A DNA stretch of 11,970 nt from the NCBI GenBank assembly GCA_043778225.1, contig JAYWGM010000105.1:1-11970 (forward strand), written 5' to 3'. Made by a program: the position numbers and the translations under genes. Position 1 is the stretch's first letter, and each line of letters starts with the position of its first letter. This document shows, one piece after another, positions 1 to 6,242 of this stretch. This stretch comes from Deinococcales bacterium (GTDB taxonomy: Bacteria > Deinococcota > Deinococci > Deinococcales > JAAFIG01). The notes under the pieces were generated by a model, which ran no database searches, was not told the DNA's origin, and saw only the letters and a list, made by a program, of their open reading frames with translations.

Positions 1-25
1 TCTTTGCTAAAACATTTCCGACTAA

Positions 26-183
26 GCGACCCAGCCCCGTCAGGTGGCGCTTTGGGGTCAAGAACAGGAGTAAGGGTGACGTATCTCACGCCGTAATGAC
101 AGATTTGCCGTTTTGTGAAAAATCTAAAATGCGCGACCATGCCCGATAGGTGCGCGTTTATGGTCAAGACAGGCGTGAGATAC
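26..183. repeat. Two diverged copies (about 26-80 and 133-183) of a structured element; the right copy is closed by a 12-bp perfect inverted repeat (81-92 / 172-183)
   Basis: gcgacccagccccgtcaggtggcgctttggggtcaagaacaggagtaag (from 26) aligns with gcgaccatgcccgataggtgcgcgtttatggtcaagacaggcgtgag (from 133). GTATCTCACGCC (81-92) is the reverse complement of GGCGTGAGATAC (172-183). Confidence 0.6.
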
Positions 184-261
184 TTAGAGCCTCTCGACTG
201 CGCCAACAAAAGCAGCGCACAACAAAAATAAACCAAGCAAGACCAAAAACCCCCAAATCAT
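184..261 (-). CDS. 25-aa hydrophobic membrane peptide (MIWGFLVLLGLFLLCAAFVGAVERL), kdp-associated small protein
   Basis: Hand translation. The ATG at 261 overlaps the kdpF stop (ATGA coupling) and the ORF ends TAA at 184-186. It has a single TM-like stretch ending ...ERL, resembling short peptides I recall next to kdpF in other bacteria. Confidence 0.7.
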   Translation of the reverse strand: MIWGFLVLLGLFLLCAAFVGAVERL

Positions 262-341
262 TGGAATGCCTCTGGTCGAAGCAGTGCATAGAACAGGTAA
301 ACAACCAACAGAACTGCCAGAATCAGTAAAACCCAAAGCAT
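258..341 (-). CDS. kdpF: K+-transporting ATPase subunit F (MLWVLLILAVLLVVYLFYALLRPEAFQ, 27 aa)
   Basis: Hand translation. A hydrophobic helix is followed by the KdpF signature YLxYALxxPExF. A perfect Shine-Dalgarno GGAGGT lies 5 nt before the ATG (plus-strand acctcc, 347-352). Confidence 0.9.
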   Translation of the reverse strand: MLWVLLILAVLLVVYLFYALLRPEAFQ

Positions 342-463
342 AAAAGACCTCCGCGTGACAGCCTAGGCTTGAAAGCTGAAGCCGGGCTATCGGTCAGATG
401 GTTTTGCTGGTCGGTCAGTTGACTCGAGTCAACCTATAAATCGTTTGGGGGCAGTACAGTATA
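342..463 (-). promoter_or_regulatory. Putative kdpF promoter (-10 TATACT at 458-463) and ~110-nt structured leader
   Basis: TATACT on the minus strand. A perfect 16-bp palindrome GTTGACTCGAGTCAAC lies at 418-433, CTGACCGA occurs twice (411-418, 390-397), and a hairpin spans 357-391 directly upstream of the SD. Confidence 0.45.
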
Positions 464-488
464 AAATTCCCCACATTGCAAATACAGT

Positions 489-1529
489 CTAGCGGTTTGA
501 TAACCCAGCTTCGTCCTCGGGGCGTTTAAGCGCCAACTGCCCACAAGCTGCTCCGGCATCGCGCCCACGCGAACGACGCACCGAAACGGGTATGCCAAGA
601 TGCTCGAGGGTGTTGTAAAACTCTTGGATTCGGGCTTCGCTCGAGGAAGTAAAACCAGAACCAGCCCATGAGTTCATTGGAATTAAATTGACATGGGCAA
701 TTAAACCGCGCAGCAATTCGGCTAACAGTTCAGCTTGCCAGAGATGGTCATTGACTCCAGCCAGCATACTGTACTCAAAAGTTAAGCGGCGTTTGCTGCG
801 GCGCTGGTATTCTCTGGCGCTCTCGAGAATGTCCTTGATGCTACTGGCATGAGCCGTGGGAATAATTTGTTGGCGGGTTTCTTCGTCGGGGGCGTGCAAA
901 GAAATTGCTAATTTAACCACCACATCCTCGGAAGCCAATTTGATGATTTGCTTGGGCAGCCCCACAGTGGATAGGGTCACACGGCGTTGGCTCATGCCTA
1001 AACCGTTTGGGTGCAATAAAATTCGCGCCGCATTGAGGGTATGGTCGTAATTCAAGAGCGGTTCGCCCATGCCCATAAAAACCAAATTACGAATCATGTT
1101 CGGTTGCCAGCCATTGTCTCGAGCCGCGTACAGCACTTGTTCGACAATTTCGCCACTGGTTAAATTGCGCCCAAAACCCATCCGCCCAGTGGCACAAAAA
1201 GCACAGCCAGCCGGACAACCAACCATCGTCGAGACACAAATCGTGATGCGATCTTGGTAGGGCATCAGCACCGCTTCCATTTGTTTGCCATCCAGCAGGG
1301 TATACAGGTACTTGGTGCTGCCATCGGTCGAGACAAATTTCTCGACCTTCAAAAAAGTGCTAAAGGCAAATGAATCCTCGAGTTGGCTGCGTGAGGCTTG
1401 CGGGATATTGCTCATCTGGCTAAATGAGCTTACACCCTGCCCAAAAACCCACTCGAGCAACTGCTTTTGGCGGTAGCCCTCGAGTGGATATTGGTCTGGA
1501 TGCAAATCGAGCAAAAAAGGCTTAGTCAT
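489..1529 (-). CDS. rlmN: 23S rRNA (adenine2503-C2)/tRNA dual-specificity methyltransferase RlmN (radical SAM)
   Basis: CxxxCxxC motif (GCPAGCAFC), MGMGEP, and C-terminal [11 protein letters not shown] with the methyl-accepting Cys. Start moved to the ATG at 1529 ([11 protein letters not shown]), which overlaps the upstream ORF by 8 nt. Confidence 0.95.
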   Translation of the reverse strand: MTKPFLLDLHPDQYPLEGYRQKQLLEWVFGQGVSSFSQMSNIPQASRSQLEDSFAFSTFLKVEKFVSTDGSTKYLYTLLDGKQMEAVLMPYQDRITICVSTMVGCPAGCAFCATGRMGFGRNLTSGEIVEQVLYAARDNGWQPNMIRNLVFMGMGEPLLNYDHTLNAARILLHPNGLGMSQRRVTLSTVGLPKQIIKLASEDVVVKLAISLHAPDEETRQQIIPTAHASSIKDILESAREYQRRSKRRLTFEYSMLAGVNDHLWQAELLAELLRGLIAHVNLIPMNSWAGSGFTSSSEARIQEFYNTLEHLGIPVSVRRSRGRDAGAACGQLALKRPEDEAGLSNR

Positions 1530-2013
1530 ACTGCTGTTGCAATTGTAGTTCATCTACGCCGTCTGTGAAGACCAAAACGACCCGTTTATCATCGGGGTAA
1601 CGCACAAAGCGCAAGACTCGAGCCATTGGAAAATCGGTCTTGAGTTCTTCTAAAAGCGCCAAGGCAGTCTTTTTTTCTGTGCCACCAAGTGGCAAATTCT
1701 CGGCTTCTAAATGTGGTGTGTAACTGCTTGGCTTAGCAATTGGACCGCCACTGCCAGCTGGGTCGGCTGGCAATCCATCGTGGGATTCGCCTTCATTGCT
1801 CGGGGCGTGCAAACCACTTTTGAAGGACTCGAGGTCGGCAGCAAAAAAACCAGTCTCGATCACTTCACCAGTCAGCACCTCTCGTCCGAGTGCCATTTCT
1901 TCGGATAAACCAGGGAATTCACTCGAGCCAGCCGGTCTTTCTTGGGTCTCGAGTTGCACCACTTGGCTGCTTCGGACTTCGCTTGGATAATGTTGACCAT
2001 CTAATTCGATCAT
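1522..2013 (-). CDS. Hypothetical acidic protein, 163 aa
   Basis: Exactly fills the gap between the EamA gene (stop 2024) and rlmN on the same strand. An AAGG lies immediately before the ATG, too close to be a good SD. No family recognised. Confidence 0.7.
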   Translation of the reverse strand: MIELDGQHYPSEVRSSQVVQLETQERPAGSSEFPGLSEEMALGREVLTGEVIETGFFAADLESFKSGLHAPSNEGESHDGLPADPAGSGGPIAKPSSYTPHLEAENLPLGGTEKKTALALLEELKTDFPMARVLRFVRYPDDKRVVLVFTDGVDELQLQQQYD

Positions 2014-2023
2014 GCCTTTAAGC

Positions 2024-2857
2024 CTAACACGCGCTGGCTAATGCCGCCCCACCCAAAACCAAAGCAGCCCCAAGCAGCATCTCGAGACGTGGTGTTTCGG
2101 CGATAAATGCCCATGCCAGCAGCACCGCAAAAACTGGCTCGAGGGTGCTGATTAAACTGGCTCGAGCCGCGCCAATTCGGGCAATCGAGGAATAGAGCAT
2201 TGGCAGTGCCAACAAAGTCGAAATAATTGCCATCGCAGCCACCAACCCCCAAACGGGCAGCGAATCTGGAATTCTGGTTGTGCCTGCCAATACGTTCCAA
2301 ACCGCAAAGCCAATCGCGCTACCCAACGCACCATGAGCGGTAAAAGCAAGCGGCGGAATATGGCGTTGGGTTTCGCTCAGTACCAAGTACCACCCGTACC
2401 CAATGCCCGCCATTGCGCCAAGCACCACCCCAAGCAGATTGGCATCTCGAGAACTTGGAACGCCAACAATCACCAGTAAACCACTCACTGCTAAACTCAT
2501 GGCAATCAGTTGTATTTTGCTTGGGCGCTTACCCTGCAAGGCATGAATCAGCACCACCGAAACGGGCGCAAGATACACCAACAAAGAAGCCGTCCCCGCC
2601 GAGATTCGCTCGAGTGAGGAAAAATACAACATCGTAAAGACAAAATAAAGTAAGCCAAATATAATCATCCGCAGGCGGTCACGCCAAACAAAGCCCCTGC
2701 TATAACCAGCCGCAAACAGCACCAATGCCACCAGTGCAAAACGCCAGACCAAAAGGCTGCTCGAGGCAAAACCAAATTGCTGGGTCAGTTTCCCCCAAAT
2801 GCCAAGGGTCGAAAAACAAAAAGCGCTGGTCGCCGCCAGCAGAACACCAATCCACAC
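2024..2857 (-). CDS. EamA/DMT family transporter (about 277 aa)
   Basis: About 10 hydrophobic segments in two repeats, with DMT-type motifs (SSLLVWRF, ASLLVYLAPV, RIGAARASLISTLEPVFAVLLAW). Likely start is the GTG at 2857 after AGGA, 7 nt downstream of the kinase stop. The ORF-track extension to 2971 overlaps the kinase. Confidence 0.9.
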   Translation of the reverse strand: MWIGVLLAATSAFCFSTLGIWGKLTQQFGFASSSLLVWRFALVALVLFAAGYSRGFVWRDRLRMIIFGLLYFVFTMLYFSSLERISAGTASLLVYLAPVSVVLIHALQGKRPSKIQLIAMSLAVSGLLVIVGVPSSRDANLLGVVLGAMAGIGYGWYLVLSETQRHIPPLAFTAHGALGSAIGFAVWNVLAGTTRIPDSLPVWGLVAAMAIISTLLALPMLYSSIARIGAARASLISTLEPVFAVLLAWAFIAETPRLEMLLGAALVLGGAALASAC

Positions 2858-2864
2858 TTTGTTC

Positions 2865-4358
2865 CTAGACAACCCGAATTGGAATCTCGAGCGTAAAAGT
2901 GCTGCCTTCACCCTCACCAGCGCTCTCTGCCCAAACCCGCCCGCCGTGGGCTTCGATGATGCTTTTAACAATTACCAAGCCTAAACCTGTACCTGTGCTG
3001 CGGCGCTGCTCGCCCGGTAAGCGTTGATATTTTTTGAACAGGCGCGGTAAATGGTCTGGGGCAATGCCGTTGCCTGTGTCGGCAATCGCAATCCGAAAAA
3101 GTGCGCCAGTCGTGGTCAGTTGGACATCTATTAAGCCATCATCGGGGGTGTACTTGATGGCGTTGCCAATCAGGTTGTCCAAGACTTGCTTGAGGCGCGA
3201 TTCATCGGCAATGCTCTCGAGTTTTTCGGGAGCGGTTAAATTCAGACGCTGCCCTTTGCTGGTGGCAATCACTCGGGCTTGCTCAGCAGAGGAGCGAATA
3301 ATGACGGCAATATCGGTTGGGTTTGGCTCGAGTGTAAAGTACCCCGCGTCTATCTTGGCGTAATCGAGGTAATCCACCACCAGCCGTTGGAGTTTTTCGG
3401 CAGCATCTTGTCCCACCCGCACGGCTTTGAGTTGTTCGTCGGTCAGGTTAGAAATATCGTTCTCGAGCAGGTGTTCTAAACTCAAACCAATCACATTGGC
3501 GGGGTTTTTGAGGTCGTGTGTGACCATGCTGTACAAATCGGCTTTCATGCTCTCGAGTTGCTGACGGGCAATGATGCCAGCGCGGTATTCTTTGGCTTGC
3601 TCGAGCGCGTAATAAAACTCCGAGCGGTCGCCCTCGAGTGGCAAGTCTTGTTTGGCTAAAAAGCCGTCTGCGCCAATCCGCATCGCTTCGATGGCAGTTT
3701 TGACATCGCCGGCGGCGGTCAGCATGACCACCACCACATCTTGCGAGGCTTTACGGATATAGGGCAGCAACTCGAGTCCGGTATAGTCTGGCATCTGCAA
3801 ATCGAGCAAAATCAAATCAAATTTACCGATTTCTTTGAGGCGGTCAAGCAATTCTGTGCCGTTGCGTGCTTCTTCAACTCCTGCCCCAGATTCGCTAAAA
3901 ATACGGCGCAAAGCACTGCGGACTAAGCCAGAATCGTCCACCGATAAAATACGGCGCAGTCCACCAGCTGTATCGTCGGCTTGAGGTTCAACCACTGGTG
4001 TGGGGTCAAGGTTCAGTGCGCCAAGCGGTGGAGCATACAAAAAAGCATCTTCTTCAAGGCTCTCGAGTTCGGTCTCGAGGCGGTCAAGGTTCTCGGTTGG
4101 GTCGGCGCGTTCGAGTGCCTTAAAGGTCGTGTCAAGTACCGATAAAGAAACAGGAAAGCTCATTTCAACGGCTGTTTTGGCAAGTCCAGCCAAACGATTC
4201 GCCACCCGAGCCAAATAGACAGCGCTGTTGGCTTGGGCAATTTTCTCGAGGGTTCTTGCGCCACTTTCGAGTTCGCCGAGCGGCACGGCTTGAGCGTTCG
4301 CCGAAAGGCGAGAGAGGAGGGCAGTCACTTCTTGTTGGAACGGTTCAAGGGTGGTCAC
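2865..4358 (-). CDS. Cytoplasmic hybrid sensor histidine kinase/response regulator (helical N-domain, REC, HisKA, HATPase_c)
   Basis: REC motifs (ILSVDDS, LLDLQMPD, MLTA, FLAK), H-box THDLKNP, N-box NLIGNAIKY, G1 DTGNG, G2 GTGLGL. GTG start with GAGG upstream. No TM segment. Confidence 0.92.
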   Translation of the reverse strand: MTTLEPFQQEVTALLSRLSANAQAVPLGELESGARTLEKIAQANSAVYLARVANRLAGLAKTAVEMSFPVSLSVLDTTFKALERADPTENLDRLETELESLEEDAFLYAPPLGALNLDPTPVVEPQADDTAGGLRRILSVDDSGLVRSALRRIFSESGAGVEEARNGTELLDRLKEIGKFDLILLDLQMPDYTGLELLPYIRKASQDVVVVMLTAAGDVKTAIEAMRIGADGFLAKQDLPLEGDRSEFYYALEQAKEYRAGIIARQQLESMKADLYSMVTHDLKNPANVIGLSLEHLLENDISNLTDEQLKAVRVGQDAAEKLQRLVVDYLDYAKIDAGYFTLEPNPTDIAVIIRSSAEQARVIATSKGQRLNLTAPEKLESIADESRLKQVLDNLIGNAIKYTPDDGLIDVQLTTTGALFRIAIADTGNGIAPDHLPRLFKKYQRLPGEQRRSTGTGLGLVIVKSIIEAHGGRVWAESAGEGEGSTFTLEIPIRVV

Positions 4359-4387
4359 AATCGGGCAACCTCGCTTTCTGTTGAGTT

Positions 4388-4393
4388 ATTCTA
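4388..4393 (-). promoter_or_regulatory. Putative -10 element (TAGAAT) for the kinase operon
   Basis: TAGAAT on the minus strand about 30 nt upstream of the GTG at 4358. No convincing -35 at 17 bp. Confidence 0.4.
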
Positions 4394-4400
4394 CACGCAA

Positions 4401-4449
4401 AGTATCACACAAGTCCTACATTGGCAGTATCACACAAGTCCTACATTGG
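4401..4449. repeat. Tandem direct repeat, 2 x 24 bp identical (AGTATCACACAAGTCCTACATTGG), 25-bp period
   Basis: Copies at 4401-4424 and 4426-4449 read directly from the sequence. Confidence 0.95.
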
Positions 4450-4494
4450 TGCAAAAGGCTTTTGTACAACTTCTTAAACTTGAGTCTGCCATAG

Positions 4495-4516
4495 AAAACT
4501 GACAAAAAACTGACAA
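4495..4516. promoter_or_regulatory. 11-bp direct repeat AAAACTGACAA x2, possible OmpR/PhoB-family binding site
   Basis: The reverse strand reads TTGTCAGTTTT-TTGTCAGTTTT, giving TGTCA half-sites one helical turn apart in a divergent intergenic region. Confidence 0.35.
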
Positions 4517-4797
4517 AGGCTACCGGCGGTCTCGATTAGGCTTTAATCTAAACTGTCAACAACAGAATACCCTGTTATGATAGTTAAAAAATACTGTCTG
4601 TCACAATTTTCCTCGAGTAGCTATTATTTTGCCTAATTTAGAAAAAGTCGAATTTATACTCGAAAACAAGTATCTACTTTTGTCCTACTAACTACCAGAT
4701 GTTGTGCCTATTTTGCACATACAACATCATTTTGTGCTAGTATACTCTTGTAATAAAGAAAGCGGTTTTCTTGGTTACGCAATATGCGAAACGAATC

Positions 4798-4826
4798 TTG
4801 ACAAATCATTCTGCTTGAGGCAAAAT
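4798..4826 (+). promoter_or_regulatory. Sigma70-type promoter TTGACA-N17-CAAAAT
   Basis: Perfect -35 TTGACA at 4798-4803, 17-nt spacer, -10 CAAAAT at 4821-4826, and an ATG 6 nt further at 4833. Confidence 0.6.
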
Positions 4827-4832
4827 ATGAAT

Positions 4833-5078
4833 ATGCTCATCACAGAACGCACCATTCTAAATCCGCACAAGAATACTCGAGTTCGCAGCCTTCCACCTGT
4901 CGTTGCGCTGCCAGAGCCACTGGTCAAACCGCGTCTGGCTCGAGTCACCAAGACCCATGGTTTACTGCAAAGCCTGAGTCTGCTTGGCGACCGACAGAGT
5001 TGGTTGTTGTTGGCTTTGGTGCTGATTCCAGTTTGTGGTGCGATTTATAATTTCATAACTTACGGCTTTAACCGTTAA
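4833..5078 (+). CDS. Small hypothetical protein (about 81 aa) with a basic/Pro-rich N-part and a C-terminal TM helix
   Basis: Has its own promoter and a downstream terminator. Hydrophobic stretch WLLLALVLIPVCGAIYNFI. An alternative start at ATG 4827 has GAGG upstream. The ORF-track start at 4704 lies in AT-rich promoter DNA. Confidence 0.65.
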   Translation: MLITERTILNPHKNTRVRSLPPVVALPEPLVKPRLARVTKTHGLLQSLSLLGDRQSWLLLALVLIPVCGAIYNFITYGFNR

Positions 5079-5086
5079 AAAACTCG

Positions 5087-5121
5087 AAAAACGCGGCGTT
5101 TATCCTGACGTGGCGTTTTTT
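5087..5121 (+). terminator. Probable intrinsic terminator
   Basis: Stem AAAACGCGGCGT / ACGTGGCGTTTT (one mismatch, one G-U pair) ending in a T6 run, just after the 5078 stop. Confidence 0.55.
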
Positions 5122-5141
5122 GGTTTGTTATTCTGAGCAGT

Positions 5142-6143
5142 ATGAAACCTGTTCGTATTTTTCTTGGTCTTTTGGGTCTGCTGGTGGTGCTTGGTTTGTT
5201 GGCTGGCGGTGTGGCTTTGTATATTTTTCTGCCGACCAATGCCAAAAAGCAAACCCTAGAAGTCAAATCGGGTATGAGCATTGGCACAATAGCAACCCAA
5301 CTCGAGCAGTCTGGCTTGGTTCGTAATGCCACCGCGTTTCGCTTGGTTGCCCAGTATGTTGGTACAGACCGCCGCATCCGCGAAGGCTATTACGACCTAT
5401 CGGGGCAGCAAAATATCCTCGAGATTGCCCGCACCCTTGGAAAAATCGGTCGCCCTAGGCAAATTACAGTGGCGATTCCCGAAGGCTTACGCCAAACTGA
5501 AATTGTGACGCGAATTGCCAGTAAATTCTCGAGCCTTGGCGAACTCGAGACTGCTTTTCGGCAAACCAATTTGCTAGAATTCACCAAAGGCGCACCAAAC
5601 CTAGAAGGTTTTTTGTTTCCAGCTACTTATCAGTTTCGCCCCGAAGACAACGCCCAAAGCATTGCCAAAGCCATGACCAAGCGTTTTAGTGCCGAAGTTA
5701 CACCAGCCCGTAAAACCCGTCTCGAGAAAATCGGCTTGAGTGTTTACCAATGGGTTACGCTGGCAAGCATTGTTCAAGTTGAAGCCGGCAATGCTGCCGA
5801 AATGCCGATTATCGCTGGGGTTTTCTTAAATCGGCTCAAGCTTGGTATGGCACTGCAATCTGACCCAACCATTGCTTACGGACTTGGCAAGCGCCTACCT
5901 GAACTGAGCCGTCGGGCTGGGGATTTTGAATCCACCACGCCATACAACACCTATAAAGTGCGCGGCTTAACCCCAACCCCGATTTCTAATCCGGGGACAC
6001 AAGCCCTCGAGGCAGTCTTAAACGCCAACCGCAGCAACTCGGGCGGGCAAGAATGGCTGTATTTTCTGCATGGTAAAAATGGCGAATTTAGACCAAACAT
6101 CAATTTTGAAAATCATCAGCGCGACAATGCCGAGTTTAGGTGA
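5142..6143 (+). CDS. mltG: Endolytic transglycosylase MltG (YceG family)
   Basis: N-terminal TM anchor and motifs IPEG, LEGFLFPATY, LASIVQVEA (catalytic Glu), NRLKLGMALQSDPT, PYNTY...GLTPTPISNPG, LYF. Confidence 0.95.
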   Translation: MKPVRIFLGLLGLLVVLGLLAGGVALYIFLPTNAKKQTLEVKSGMSIGTIATQLEQSGLVRNATAFRLVAQYVGTDRRIREGYYDLSGQQNILEIARTLGKIGRPRQITVAIPEGLRQTEIVTRIASKFSSLGELETAFRQTNLLEFTKGAPNLEGFLFPATYQFRPEDNAQSIAKAMTKRFSAEVTPARKTRLEKIGLSVYQWVTLASIVQVEAGNAAEMPIIAGVFLNRLKLGMALQSDPTIAYGLGKRLPELSRRAGDFESTTPYNTYKVRGLTPTPISNPGTQALEAVLNANRSNSGGQEWLYFLHGKNGEFRPNINFENHQRDNAEFR

Positions 6144-6215
6144 GTCTTTTGAACCTCGCAAAAAATGAGTCTTTTTAACCTCGTAAAAAATGAGTCTTTT
6201 GAACCTCGCAAAAAA
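6141..6215. repeat. Tandem repeat 3 x 25 bp (TGAGTCTTTTGAACCTCGCAAAAAA)
   Basis: Units at 6141-6165, 6166-6190 (2 substitutions) and 6191-6215. The array starts at the mltG stop codon and has no spacers. Confidence 0.95.
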
Positions 6216-6242
6216 ATCGAATTGCCGTAGAATGGTGCGTTT

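Noticed and set aside
20..80. SRP RNA or c-di-AMP riboswitch suggested by ccgtcagg / tttgggg
   Set aside because: It lacks the SRP GGAAGGAAGCAGC core and the ordered ydaO motifs (GCTGAATC, GGGGGAACC, GTCAGCTAAC). It is also on the strand opposite to kdpF.
3..140. Minus-strand open frame from the ATG at 140 to the window edge (MVAHFRFFTKRQICHYG...) as a possible kdpA start
   Set aside because: No SD, not hydrophobic or KdpA-like, and it runs through the structured repeat element.
1530..1553. rlmN start at 1553 (MNYNCNSS...)
   Set aside because: The extension lies inside the upstream ORF and is not RlmN-like. The ATG at 1529 is preferred.
2858..2971. N-terminal extension of the EamA ORF given by the ORF track
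   Set aside because: It overlaps the kinase C-terminus by over 100 nt. A GTG with an AGGA SD at 2857 gives a typical-length DMT protein.
4704..4826. N-terminal 41 codons of the 124-aa ORF
   Set aside because: AT-rich DNA containing the TTGACA-N17-CAAAAT promoter. The downstream ATGs fit better.
6141..6215. CRISPR array interpretation of the 25-bp repeats (also 4401-4449 and 9537-9581)
   Set aside because: Copies are directly adjacent (0-3 nt between them) with no unique spacers, and there are no cas genes in the window.
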